From NCBI GenBank assembly GCA_002189035.1, contig NEEC01000002.1:6572001-6636000 (forward strand): a stretch of 64,000 nt of DNA, read 5' to 3'. Below the pieces are notes generated by a model that was given only the letters and a program-made list of their open reading frames with translations, had not been told where the DNA came from and made no database searches. This document shows positions 25,140 through 38,518 of this stretch, in pieces. The position numbers were made by a program, and so were the translations under genes. This DNA is from Utricularia gibba (lineage: Eukaryota; Plantae; Magnoliophyta). Every line of letters begins with the position of its first letter. Position 1 is the first letter of the stretch.

Positions 25140-26552
25140 TCACATAGTCGATCCATCGCCAGGGAGGAGCATCCACGCCATGCCCCATCCGATCATCAAT
25201 CCGATGCTGACGAAGCCAATGGCAAAAACAACGGCATACCTGCCGTCTGGTTTTTTGCGGCCTGTATTCATCCTTGACCTCCTCCTCGCAGGCTTCAAAG
25301 GTTCAAGAACTGGAAACCCGGGCAGCGCTTGCTGGCCTTCACCGCGTAGAGCCAGCAAATATGTATTCTTTTCCAGTTGCAGAAGACGAAGCCACTGTTT
25401 GTAGGCAAAGAGGTGAGATGCTTGTCTCAAGAAAAGCTTGACTATGCGCTGTTTCTCATTACATGCTTGTTTTGCATTGTTATCTGATTCTCGAGCGCGT
25501 GTTTGAGAATGATGCAGGGCATCTAGTATCTGCAAAGTATCTCCATCCATCTTCCCAACCTCTCCACCACAACAACTACAGCTAAACATTACAAGACATT
25601 CAGAAGTTAGAGGATGAAATCTAAGCCACAAAAGAATTGCAGCATGATGGTTTGGTAGAATGAGAGACACAACACAGTATAGAAGCTCAAAGAAGACCCA
25701 GAACATAAAAGTTTACCAATGTCCTATTTCTGATGGTAATCTTCGCCTTTGGTAAGAACTCAAATTGCTGGGTGGCTGAAGTAGATCTTGATGAGTTAAT
25801 GGAGTGGAAGCTCGGGAGTGGTATGGAGAGGCTGTTCGAATATCCAGGCAAGTCTTTCCAAAAGCACTCTGAGGCAGGGGAAGGTCACAGTTCTGAACCA
25901 AGCTATGAGATCTTTGAGCAACTAATAAAGCAAGTTCTTCTGCATCTGCATTCCGCCACCATGGGCCACTCTTTTCAAAGGATTCAGGATCAAAATAGTT
26001 ACCAGGAGTACTTTCAACAGACTTAAGTCCACCAACATGAGCTTTCTTCCCACCATCCTCAACATCAGATTTAAGAGGATCATTGCAGATATCACAAGAA
26101 TCTAGTTTCCTGAAGTTTGTTTCTTTAACCAAAAAGTGGTCACTAAAGACAGATATGGCAGGAGTTTGATCAACAATTGCAAAATCAGTTTCAGTGACTG
26201 AAAAGTCTAGTGAACTTTCTCTCAAGTTGGATGTTTCATCATGATCAACCATCACAGCAAGGTTTTCATCCATTAATCTGCTCTGATATCTATAACCATG
26301 CTGCGGATGAATCCACCACAGAGAAGTAGTTGCTAACTTACCATACACAGGATCCGGATATAATGGCATAAAATCTCCAGAAAGAATTTCTCGGCCACAA
26401 GCTGAATCTGGAGACCTCAGCTCATGTTCCTCAATTGGAGGAGTAAGCAACGGGCGACATGCTAATTTTGGAGCTCTCTTCTTTGCATCTTCCTGAAGAA
26501 AGCACCTACTCGCCGCTCTCTGCCACGCAGCTCTAGCTTCTGCTAGTGCCAT
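25140..26552 (-). CDS. Conserved uncharacterised plant protein with coiled coil and C-terminal TM helix, 2 coding exons
   Basis: MALAEARAAWQRAASRCFLQEDAKKRAPKL N-terminal motif, PWWRNADAEELALLVAQRS, LHHSQTRARE...LFAYKQWLRLLQLE, hydrophobic tail; I recognise it as a plant-wide family of unknown function. Confidence 0.8.
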
Positions 26553-28059
26553 TTCTGCTCATTATCTCTGAAGGTGTCATGTAAAAGCAGAAGCATATCA
26601 GAGAAAGGTGACAAAAAGATGAACCTATACGAAATCCCAAATTGCAATAGCACCACAGCTAAGTTACTTCAAACTATCACATCCCCCGACCGTAAAAGAC
26701 TTCACATTTCTTGTCAAAAAAGCAAACGCATCGAACAAGAATCCCAAGTTACAATCAGGGCTGGAAGCAGATACCAAATGAGGGCATGGGATCATCACAA
26801 AGAACCAATCATGAAGAAACAGGGCGAGCCTTTCTGTAAAATCCAGATTCTTAAACAGATTTGAGTTAAAAAAACAAAAACTAAAGATCAGATTTTGACG
26901 CAAATCTATAGTCCCCCGATTAAACCCCCCAAAACCCAAATCAGCAACTCGCCGATGCGTCCACAGAAAACAGAGTAAATGTAACCTGCAGCGATAAATC
27001 AAGGGGCCGTGAATAAGCACGAGTTCATATATAGCAGTAGCTCTTTCCCAAAGTCTACCTTTTACCCACTGAAATCCGCGGATCCTCCTCATTCCGAATC
27101 CAAAGCCGCTGTTTTTGCTCCGCTTGTTCCTGGCTTCGTGCATTCATGGTGTTTAGAATTCCAGGTCACATGCGACGTTTTACATGTCACTTTCCCGCTT
27201 CCCCACCTTCACTATCTCCCTCAACAGCTGGTTGCTTCGGGTTTAATACACCAACAACGAGGCTTCGGCATTAGTCAATAAATGAGCTTGAGACTGATCG
27301 AAGAATGAATCTTTACCCAATATGAATGGAGTGTGGGAGAGTACAAGAGCCAGCTCTCTGAGGTCCACGGTTATCTGGATATGCCTCGACAAAAAATACA
27401 CGCAAGTGATATATTTTCCTTGTGGGGAAAAAGATGGCCCATGATTGGCTACATCCCCGTCAGACACCATTGCCTTCAAAACCTTGGACCCAGAATCCTC
27501 ACAGTCAACCATCTACAGATTGCTTGGTAAGATCATCTGAGCCAACCCATGAAGGTGGAGATGTTTTGCGCGTTAGATCCACATCCGGTTGCGGGTGATC
27601 CAACTCAGTCACAGTATTCTTTCCTCCTGATTCCCATCGCCGGGAATCTGCTTCTCAACAATGAAAAGAGACACTTTTTAAAGCAATTCACTGTTCACCG
27701 TCCTCCACTCTTCATGCTGAGACAAAGCTTGTGTTTTGACATAAACCCAAGCCGATTTGATTGAACAGGGATCGGTAATCTGATGTCATGAAGATCTATA
27801 GCAAAACTTGCATAGAACGTAATGATGCTTCATCGATACCAAGAAGAAAAAAAGGGCTAATGACCTTTGCTTCAATTGATTTCAGAGATGATTCCAATCT
27901 TGTAAAATCGTTGGGTTCTTTCTCCCAGATCACATGAATCTGATGCTTACCGTGAGCCTGCCTCTGCTTTTTCCCTGTAGCTCCATAGTCCTTGTCCCCT
28001 CGTCGTGCATTGCTTTATAAGTCAGAATTGCTGCATTGGTTTAACAATTTCACTACGCG

Positions 28060-29589
28060 ATGGCCGGCCAGCCCCCACGTCCGGCATGGATGCGATACCC
28101 AACTCGCGCCGCTGCCCTCTTCCTGATCCTGTTGATCCACCGCCGGTCCCGGTTCCCACGCCGGCGCCGCTGCGTCCTATGTTTACATTCAGGATTCCTG
28201 CTGTCACACCGCCGCCATTGCCTCCTGCGCCGGCTCCCGTTGCTGTGGCACCAACGCTGCCGCCTCCTGTAAGGCCGCGAGTTGCGGTTACTTTAGCACC
28301 ACCCCGCCAGCGCCACCGATCGTTGTCCCACGACCAGTTTTGGTTTCTGTAGCGCCCCGCCGCCTCCGATCGTGGCCCCGCGTCCGGTTTCGGTTGTTGT
28401 TGCGCCGCAGCCTCCGGTGATTGTTGAACCTGATCGCCGGCGTTCTCCTCCGCCGGTGTCCCCGATTGCGACGCCGTCTGTTAGAAGGTCTCGGTCGCCG
28501 CCTCTGGTACAACCAATTGTTACGTTTGCTCCTCAGCCATCTCCTCCGCAAATTTCCTCCATAGCAGCGCCGTCTCCTACAAGGTCTCCGTCGCCGCCTC
28601 CACCGATTGTTGCGCCTGCTCCTCGACCGTCTCCTCCGCCAACATCCCCGATAGTAGCCCCATCTCCTACAAGGTCTCCTCCGCCCGTATCTCCGATTAC
28701 AGAGGGCCCGTCGCCGGAAAGGTCTCCGATTCAAGAATCGCCGCAGACAGCAGTGATTCCACCCATGTCTCCCATTACCCTTCCGGCTCCTCGTCCGTCG
28801 CCAACAAGGTCTCCGATCCCACCGCCATCTCCACCACACTCTCCCCTGGTAGCTCCAACGCCGCCTCCTCCCTTCAAAGATTCAAACTTTATTAAACCCC
28901 AGTCCTCTTCTTCTCTCAATAAATCGCCACTACCAAAAATCAACTCCCCACCACCAAAAAACCCCACTCCCCCATCTCATTCCCCACTTCAAAAACCCTC
29001 AGAAACAGCAATCAGAGACGCTATTCCATCACCACAAACGGTGAAATCTGTGGATAAATCTCACCCTCCATCACCCTTAACTCTACCCGCAGCCAGATTA
29101 AGGAGCATCAACAACGGGGTGCCTGAAATTGAGCAGAAAAACGTCCTGGTTCAACATACAATACACAAACCAACGGAAAATCCTCACAGTCACAACAATG
29201 GCGATACGTCTAATGGAAACGGAGATCATAAATCTAAAGACACCCGCAAAAAACCCACCCCGGAAGATCTTGGAATGAGAGTTATCACGCTTGCAGGAGA
29301 AAACAAAGGAGCAGTGATGGAATTCGGCATCAATCCTACAAAAGGTCGCACTTTGGGAAATGGAACAAAACTGGGAAAAGCGGATGGTGATCAATCTGGT
29401 AAACAAGTCGAAGAAGGGATGAAAAAAAAATCAATGGCGATTCAGACTCCATTTACATCGTATTTGAACAGCAACGTTCAGGGACTAAACAACTCAATTA
29501 TGTATAACTGTTGCTTCAGGAATAACGATCCTGGTATTCATCTGTCCCTCAAAAGGTTCCCAAATGGCCGCCGCAACTCCAAGGAATGA
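28060..29589 (+). CDS. Proline-rich (extensin/gp1-like) protein with conserved C-terminal domain; three apparent -1 frameshifts in the 5' part
   Basis: MAGQPPRPAWMR start, (S/T)P-rich repeats, C-terminal GMRVITLAGENKGAVME and NSNVQGLNNSIMYN...DPGIHLSL motifs; frame slips at C-runs 28115-17, 28302-05, 28355-58. Confidence 0.78.
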
Positions 29590-30035
29590 AGTGAAATCAA
29601 GATGGAAGCTTGATGTGAGTTCTTTGCCTTTTTAATTGTCATCTGAGTTTACACCTACTACAACTCATGGATTCAAAGAGAAAGTGTGATAATAAGTTGG
29701 ATTGGATTCTGATGCCTCCAACTTGTAATATTCAATGGAGAAGAATAAAAGTTTTTCCTCTTATGTCACTGTTACGCAAATCCTACAACTTTTTCCTTGT
29801 GAATAAAAATAATTCGAATTCGAATGTTTGAAAAATTGTTGGGACGATGAAACGGACGCAGATGCGGACAAGGGCGGGGAGTTGGACAATTTATTTAGGT
29901 TGTTGGGTTCGAAAAGGCCTCCCAATAGCGAGAGGATGACCTAACCGTAAATTTGTCGCTTCAAAACACGCTACACGTCTCTCATTTCACTCTACTCCAC
30001 AGAAAAAGGCCCTTCAGTGTGCTTGGTTTGCAGGT

Positions 30036-31425
30036 ATGGCTGGAAAACTGTACACTTTTGAAGATGTAGCCAAACACAATAACAAGCAGGATTGCTGGCT
30101 GATCATCTCCGGAAAGGTCAGATCTTGTTTCTCCCTTGGAAAAAAAGCTTCTTGAGTCGCAGATTGCTGACTGGCGATGGAGTCTGCAGGAATTTTTGTT
30201 CTTTTTACCTCATTCTAACCCAACCCACAATCAGAAGTTGGAAGCTTTATTCTTTTGTTGTCGTTATTGTTGAGCTCTGTGGTTCTCCTTTCAGTTGAGT
30301 TAGTGAAATTTTTCGATTAATGATCATTGCTAATGGTTGGGCTAATCTGGAAAAATCCCGAGTAATTTGGTTGGGTTGTTTTCTGGGTTTTGAGATTTGT
30401 GAGTGAATTTAGGAGCTCAGCATCGAATTCAGACAAATAAACGAAATTGACATGCATACCTAAATTTTAGGGCTCAATGTGAAACACTCTCCTGCAATTT
30501 TTAACCCCTTGCCTAGAAGAGCAAAAGCATAGGGGGCGTTTTGGTTGATCTGAATTTAACTAGCAGTTTCCTGCAATTTTTTGCCATAACTGAGTTCTGT
30601 GATATTACACCTTTCTTAGATGAGCCAAATCACAAGCTTTCCAATGAATTTTACCAGCACTTGCCTGCAAATTGTTGCCACTGAGTCACTTTATGATGTT
30701 ACACCTTTCTTGGAACAGCAAAAATCATCGGCATTATCGTTTCTGATGATCCGATTTCGATGAACCTAACCAACACTTTCCTTGCATATCTTGCCATTAA
30801 TCAGTTTATGATGTTACACATTTCTTGGAAGAGCAAAACTCATAAGGGTTATCGTTTTGGATGATCCGATTTCGATGAACCTAACCAACACTTTCCTTGC
30901 ATATCTTGCCATGAGTCAGTTTATGATGTAACATCTTTGTTGGAAGATCAGAACTCATAGGGGTTATCGTTTTGGATGATCCAATTTCGACAAACCTAAC
31001 CAACACTTTCCTGTGATGTATCCCCACTGAGTCAGGTTTACGATGTTACACCTTTCCTAGAAGAGCATCCAGGAGGAGATGAAGTCCTAGCACAATCAAC
31101 AGGTTAGCATGTGCTTCATCTCCCACCACAGCAGCAGCTGCTAACTCATTTCCTCCACTGCATTCCAGGGAAGGATGCAACTGCTGACTTTGAAGACGTG
31201 GGTCACAGCAACGACGCACAGGAGAAGATGAAGGAATTCTACATCGGCGATATCGACGAATCAAGTATTCCGTTGGAGCACAAATCAGGGATATCGCCAC
31301 AAAGCTATACAACTACCAGTGCTCGCAGCTCCGGTGATTCTTCCAAGCTGTTCCTCTACATTGCTCCCCTGTTGCTGCTGGGAGTTGCATTCCTTCTCCG
31401 GTTCTTCTCCAAGTCGGCTGAATGA
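30036..31425 (+). CDS. CB5: Cytochrome b5, 3 exons (30036-30116, 31036-31102, 31169-31425)
   Basis: [45 protein letters not shown] (haem-binding HPGG)/[14 protein letters not shown] and a C-terminal TM anchor. Confidence 0.96.
30490..31065 (+). repeat. ~115 bp tandem array in cytochrome b5 intron 1, made of duplicated intron 1/exon 2 junctions
   Basis: TATGATG anchors at 30692, 30807, 30922 and the true TACGATG at 31039 (spacing 115, 115, 117); older degenerate copies near 30510 and 30598. Confidence 0.9.
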
Positions 31426-31903
31426 ATGGAGCCGGCGGTTGCAGTTCGATGGCTGATCTTCTTTCTCAATGTGCTTGAAACGAAGGACTACTTATTTTCC
31501 TGCTCATTAACGACATTGTTCCTTCATCTGCCATTAAAGCTACTGTAAATCCGAGCCAACACCATGTTTTAGTTTTCATAATGTATTCTAAAATTGGAGA
31601 GGGGGAGAATATAAAGTTTAGGAGTTTAGTAATAGTATATTACATTAATTACAGATAAAAGAAAAATATGTTTAAATAAAAATATTTTTTTTAATTTGGT
31701 ACGATGTTAATTTATTTTATAATAATTTGAATAATTATTTACTCTTAATTTCAATTTTTAAAAAAATTAAAAATAATGGTCTCACTTTTATTTGAATTTG
31801 TAATAATAATAATGAAATTGAGGAAGAATTTTTTTTAAAATATGACCAAAAATGAAAAAAAGTGCAGGGCGGCTCACAGAGTGGATGAAGCCACTAATCT
31901 GAC

Positions 31904-31913
31904 GCCACGTGGC
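31904..31913. promoter_or_regulatory. Perfect palindromic G-box in the LHY promoter
   Basis: GCCACGTGGC upstream of the long LHY leader; a G-box is a known element of LHY promoters. Confidence 0.6.
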
Positions 31914-32797
31914 AGTATATCACGCACTCCCATATATTGCCCCAAATAAATGGCTCATTTTTTCTCTTTTTTTTTCTTGGGAATTTACTACCACTCGCTG
32001 TGGTTGTGGCTCTGGATTTTCCCAATAAAAACAAAAAAATGGAAAATTCAAAAAATTATACCGTTTCCTTCTTCCACGTCTGCGTATTCGGGAGCTACTT
32101 GCTTCACCAGTCACTATTCCTCTCTGATCTCTCGGCTTCGCTTCTTGCAGTGGTTTTGATGTATGAAAGTTGGCAGGTGATTTCAGTTTGCTCTTCAACG
32201 ATTGAGTGAAGTCCAAGGTCCCGGTGGCGGTATGGGTGGCTTCAATGGTATTTCCTGTGGACATTTCTTTTTTTTTTTTCCGAAGTGATTGTAATGCTTA
32301 CAGTTTTGGTTCAGCACCTTCTCCTTTTTTTTCCGTATTGCGTTTGAATTTTTTGTTATATTCCATTAGACGAGGAGGATAAAGGTGAATCCTGTTTTAT
32401 ATTCCCAAGTGTTATTTTATGCTACTACTATCTGACTTCTTCTGGCTGTTGGATAAAGATTCGCGTATCTATGGTTCCGCTCATTGCTTGTTTTAAAGTT
32501 TTATGGCGCTTAGATTGGCGTAAAAATGTTATGTGCTTTCTATTGCAGTTGTGTGTGAAATAGATTTTGGGGTTGAATTTCAAGAGAATATACCGAACAC
32601 TAGGTGTTGATGATGGGAAGCGAGAACAATTTTCTTAATTCTTCCTGATACAATATTTTCTCTTTTGCAGTACTTATTGATCTGTCAGGTGGCTTTCCAT
32701 CATCTCACTGCAAGAAGGAAGCTATTTTGCGGTTATTGTGCCAAGTGAGGAGGCAGTTTGTTCTCAGGATTTGAACCATGCTCATATATCCTTTTAG

Positions 32798-35700
32798 ATG
32801 GATCCTGATCTGTATAGAGAAGACGTTGTGATCAAGGTTCGATTATCGTACTTTTTTTAGTTATTTTTTATTTTCTTCTGTAGTACTAGCTTTTGGTTCA
32901 TTTCCCGCTGGCAGACAAGGAAACAGTATACAATTACAAGGCAGCGTGAGAGATGGACCGAAGAGGAGCATACAAAATTTTTGGAGGCCCTCAAGCTTTA
33001 TGGCCGTGCGTGGCAGCGCATAGAAGGTGTTCACTCTTCTGTTTATTCTCCTTGATAATACGGATGTTTTTATGAGTTGACTTTCCTAAGGTCATGCCAT
33101 ATTTTGCATACGGGAACTATATATCCTGGAAACGCTTTTTTTAACGGGAGAAATTAACCTATTCCTCATTCCAATTTACTTCGTAATTGTGCAGAACATA
33201 TAGGAACAAAGACCGCGGTTCAAATAAGAAGTCATGCACAGAAATTTTTCACAAAGGTTCACTAATCAGTTTCTTTTTTGCTTTGTTAATGTTAAGGTTC
33301 AGACTTTTCCCTTGCCTCACTTACGGATTAAGGAAAATTATACAAAATTACTTGCATGATCGATGTTATGTCTGTAAAGCAAGTGAGTTTTTTTTTAATC
33401 TCTGTGTATGAAATTCGAACCTTGATCAATGCATGCTCTACAATATCTGCTATTCCTTCATATAGGGAATTTTCCTAAATCATTAGGGTGTTAATGAATA
33501 TATGCATGTTTTTGCTTACAGTATCATAAGGTTGAACCTTGGATGTGTATCACTAAAAGAACACATGGCCTTATGTTGTTCCAGTTATCTGAATGTATAT
33601 TCTCTAATTTTTTTTTGCTTGTGTGCTTCATTCAGTTGGAAAAGGAGGCCACTGTTAAGGGAGTAGGGAATACTCATGATATTGAGATACCCCCACCACG
33701 CCCTAAGAGGAAACCTACTAATCCTTATCCTCGAAAAACTTGCATAGCTCCTGTGTTTCAGTTGGAATTGAAGGACGGAAATGTCTCAGATGCGAGTTCT
33801 AATTTGCTGCAGGAAAATGATCCCGAGGTAGGTCAATGCTTCTGTGATTTTTCCTATGGTGGATGATGTCTGCTTTTCTTCTTTTGAATCACTTTGTGTG
33901 GCAAATGTCTCTTTAGTACTGTTTTGCTGCAACTGACCGGTTTTTCATTCACTCTACATTGTACCTTACCAGATACTCTACGACCATGGAAATATTCAAA
34001 ACAGCAGAAAATGCCACGAAAACGATAGTTGCTTTGATGGTCCTTGTGCATCCCCAGCTTCAACTGATAACTATTCTTTTTCATCTAAGGCACCTATGAC
34101 ATCTCGTGCATGTAGACAGTATATCCAGGTAATGGATGATGATTCGAGCAATCAGGATGAAAGTGCAGCAGTATCACTAGTCACCGCCGATACTGTGGGA
34201 AATCATGCAGAACATTCTGATGAAAAACAGCTCTTCCCTGAAAATGCTTTGAATGGTTCATTAATCATGAGTGCATGGCCTTCTTGTGAAGAACCTCACT
34301 GCGAAATGGTACCTGAGCCGAAGCAGTCTGGAAATTGTTGCCAAACGTCAATTATTGATGAGCAATCGTCTCAGAACTATCCTCGCCATGTTCCTGTATA
34401 CATTCTTGCTGGGAGCTTAGGAACAAGCGCACAACATTTTTCTGCAGATATGCAATCAATGCTCAATCATGGTGCTCAAAGCCTTTGTATTAATCAAGCT
34501 GCATCTGCTACTTCTGAATATCATAGTAATGCAGCAACACCATCCATAAGTCAGCCAATTTTCAGTTGTGATCATTTATTCACTTCAATTCAGAACTCAG
34601 ATGACTATCAGGCATTTTTGCAGATGCAATCCACCTTTATGAGGCTCATCTTGTGCTATTTGTCTCAAAATGCAGCGGTGTATGCTGCCGCCAGGTTTGC
34701 CGCAACCTTGTTGCCATGGTTCAACATGGGAGCTCCAGTAGAACCGTCAGCAAATTTATGTGGGCTTTCTCTGTCGCCGCCAACAAGTTCAACATCTAAT
34801 CTGGAAGCAATTGCTGCAGCTACACTTGCTGCAGCAAGTGCCTGGTGGACAGCCAATGGCCTTCTTCCTTCATGCCATCATCCTGGATTCATGTTTTCTA
34901 CTGCATCAGCTACTGCAGCCCAAGCGGCTTGTTGCCAAAGTGGAAACGTGGATGGAGAAGCAACAGAAACTACTCATGATCCTGCCCTGGAAAATCAACC
35001 GGATGTGGAGTTCTCAGAGGCTCAGAATTCCAAATCAAGAACTTCACCATCAGACAGTGAGGCAGGTGAAGCTGAAAAGGCTAAGGGCGAATTGACTGCC
35101 GCTGGATCTGCAGAGGCTGAAAACGAAGATGCAATCCACGACTCATACAAGTCAAAGAACAACAAACAGTTAGGCCGCTCTTCATGTGGATCAAACACCA
35201 CTTCAGGCAGCGAAGTTGAAACTGACACAAATAAGCTTGGCAAGGGAAGGGAGGAAAAATATCTCAGTACAAATGAAGACAATAATGTACTTGATGCAGC
35301 TCCTCCGATTGCAGATCTCTTTAGTCGTCGCTCTAGAACCAACAACAGCGTAGCTGACTCCTGGAAAGAAGTATCAGAGGAGGTACTGACACTTTCTCCT
35401 CAAGCTTCTATATTCCCATCCCCCCTCCTGCTGTTTTGTTAACATAAGATAGCTGCAGGGACGATTAGCATTTCAGGCTCTCTTCTCCAGAGAAGTGCTG
35501 CCTCAAAGTTTTTCCCCTTCTCATGACATAAGTGGTGATGTCAAGAAACAGAGCAGTAATCATGAAGAAGGCAATAAACTAATGTTAAACCATGATGGGA
35601 GCACCAGCACCAGCACCACCTCTGGAAAGCTAGAGATTAGAAGGAGCTCTACCATAACAGGAAACAAGCGAGAGGGGCTCTTCAACGAGGAGCTAGGTCA

Positions 35701-35854
35701 AAATAAACTGAAGACATTCCGAACCGGATTCAAGCCATACAAGAGATGCTCAGAGGCTAAAGAAGCTATAATCCCATCAAACCATCAAGAGGAAGAGAAG
35801 GATCCCAAGAAGTTATGCCTCGAAAGGGAGGTGAACGGCGGCTCCGCCTCTTGA
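32798..35854 (+). CDS. LHY: LATE ELONGATED HYPOCOTYL / CCA1-like single-MYB clock protein, multi-exon
   Basis: [75 protein letters not shown]...[12 protein letters not shown]; [21 protein letters not shown]; DSWKEVSEE; GFKPYKRCS. Confidence 0.95.
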
Positions 35855-36369
35855 TCGGTACGCCATTTTCCGTTACCATGTATCTGATCTTCAATCCCAC
35901 GCAACTTGTCACTCTGGTCTTTGTATTTAAACATCACCGTCTCTCTTCTAATAAATCGGAATTCAGTTTGCCTTTTGGAACGGCGACGGCGGTTGCGCCA
36001 CCGCCCGCCGGCGACTTTCCGCCGGGAATTAGCTGAAAATTAATGCAGTAGTTGTTCTTGTATTCATATTGTTCTAAAAATATGCCATTATATAAATTTC
36101 ACTTTAAATATTGTAAATAATGTTTTGTTCTTCTTTCATCATATCGTTAACTTCGGAAAGTTCGATCGTCAAGGCGGGCCGCCCGCAGCCTTTTGATTTC
36201 CATCTCTCGCATCAAAGCAATGACGGGGGGCTGGCGGGGATCGATTAAACCCTAATTGCTGATTTGGGGGAATCTGGTCGCAGCATGTTGGAGAAGAGGA
36301 TCTGCTTGGATTTTTGTCCCGCGAGATCGAAAGCGTTTTTGGGTAATCATTCTCCTCGTGTGACGGTGA

Positions 36370-38518
36370 ATGGAATCCTCGACTAGTCAGCCTGTAGTGA
36401 AGGCGCAAGGGGAGAATCGTGGAGCTCGAGAGGATCAATCCGTGAAGCTTGTTGAATGGGAGGATTATGAGCAGGAGCTAGTTCGTCTGTGCAGTTTAAC
36501 CTCCGCGCTTGAAGAGGCCAAGAATAAGAAAATTTTGCTTGAGGAGAAGCTTAATTCTATGATACAAGTAAAAAAAAATGACTTTTTTCTTCTGGGCTTT
36601 TTTGTTTTCGTCCTAGAGAAGGATGAAGGGCTGTATATTCCACGGCCTAATGTCCATCTGTGGTACTGTGCAGATTGAAGGTGATTCATTAATTAGGTCT
36701 AACAAGCTTGATCAGATGCGTCAAAAACTAGAATCCCGTAAGTTTCTCATGGGAAACATGTCGATGCAATCAAAGGTTGAGAAGGAAAAAGTGAAAAAGC
36801 AGGAAGAGCAACTTAGTGCTGAAATTAGGTCTCTACTGCTTGGAGGAAGCATACTTTCTGCAGCCAAGAAACGTTTGCAGGTAGCATTTCAATTCTTCCA
36901 TGTTTTTTGCTATCTTCGTTTTGTGTTGCCTTTGGAGTGTAGAATTCCATTCACGTTCATCATATAATTTATCTCCTATAAATGAAGGATTCAAGTTGGT
37001 CCTTTACTGGAGAAAGAGGCCATGATGGTTTAAAAAGATTGATGAAGTTATTGAGGGCTAGGGAACAATATATGGTATCACAGGTCTCCTCGTTATATCC
37101 TGTAAAATTTGAGATGCGGAAGGCGCCTGAGCAGGAACTTGAATCATTTCGCAGCATCAATGGAGCAGGTAAAGGATTTTGTATTTATTCAATACGGTAA
37201 GATGAAGATGCTATCTTTCTGTGGCCTTATTAATTAAAATGACTACTGCTTCCTAAATGATTGGGCAAGCCTGTATCTCTATTATCATTCTTCTATAAGA
37301 TATGCTTACATTGTTCTGTTTCTGATAAATGTGTTTCTGAGCAAGCTGCAAAGACTGGATTTTTCTGTTTTTTTTTCACGTGTAATCTCATGTGTACCGT
37401 GCAGCTTGCGCACCATAAGCTTTGATGTAGGAATGGAAATATCAATGAAAATCGTAACCTGTTTGATACATCTTGGGCCTTGTACTGTTCGCCTTGTGTA
37501 TAGAACCTCTTTGGTTTCATTTGCTGACTTTGAACTTTTTGGGCTTTCATGTGCACAGTCTTGATGTTCATTTTTCAAAGTTTTTCTGATGCCTTTACAC
37601 TTTGAAGCCATAGCCTAGCTGAAGTGATAGTTGAGAGCTTTGAAATCAATCAGAACATTCCCCTTGATTTGGTTCAAAGTGAAGATAATTGTAATTTTTT
37701 TTTTGTCTCGTTCTTCAGTGTTATTGAAACTATATGAATCTTTAAGCAAAATGTTCTTATCCTTTACTTCTTTTGTGTCCAGGTGTTTCTGATGGACTTA
37801 GACATAATGAGCAGCGAACACTGACAATTTCAGGTCTGCACCTTACTGTGATCCCTTTTACGAAGATGAGTTTTTTCTCTGACAAGAAGGAGGTCCAGCA
37901 ATCTTCCACTGCTCTGGGATATGTAGCTCATGTGTGTCCTTCCTTACAATTTTTTTTTTTACTCATGCTCATTACTAAGTTTCCGTTTTTCTTTAACATG
38001 TGAGAAAATGTGATTGCAAAACGATAACCTCTTCCCTAGGCTTGAATTCTACTGAAAAATACTTGGTTGCTGTTCTTTCTATGTAGGTGGTCTTGCTCCT
38101 TGCTTCATATCTGCAAGTTCCTCTACGCTATCCATTACGCCTAGGAGGGTCGAGATCATTCATATGTGACCATTCCCCTTCAGTCGACATATCCACAACC
38201 TCGGATCCTTCCATTCCAGCAACCCCAAAAACAGTAGAATTCCCCCTCTTCATCGAAGGTCAAGACTCAACCAGAGCAGCATACGCAGTTTTCCTGCTAA
38301 ACAAGGTGATTTTTCATGCTTCTCTCTATGATCCCTGCTTATAACGAATGCCTTTCAACTCAAGAATCTTCGATCAACTGAGCTAGTTTCACTTGCAGGA
38401 CCTGGAGCAGCTCCTGAATTTTATTGGAGCCAGGAGCCTCGGTCCAAGGCACGTACTAGAAAATCTCAAGGAGCTTATGAGGTGCATTCTTTCTCCAAAT
38501 TACATAGATATGTTGTGA
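36370..38518 (+). CDS. VPS38: UV radiation resistance-associated protein / VPS38 (PI3K complex II subunit), multi-exon
   Basis: [97 protein letters not shown]. Confidence 0.9.

Noticed and set aside
28060-28372. Programmed ribosomal frameshifting in the Pro-rich gene (three slips restore the frame)
   Set aside because: No X XXY YYZ slippery heptamers, and the same one-base homopolymer loss occurs in three other genes; assembly error is more parsimonious
28288-28967. Arg/Gly-rich minus-strand ORFs (183 aa, 78 aa)
   Set aside because: Antisense shadows of the proline-rich coding sequence
30490-31065. Tandem array considered as a CRISPR-like array
   Set aside because: Units are whole ~115 bp duplications with no unique spacers, derive from the host exon junction, and the DNA is eukaryotic with no cas genes
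35256-35264. Evening element AAAATATCT inside LHY
   Set aside because: Lies within coding sequence (EEKYLS); a single 9-mer in an AT-rich window is expected by chance
37293-37611. Short ORFs inside the long VPS38 intron
   Set aside because: No motifs and no support for splice sites; the lengths are expected by chance
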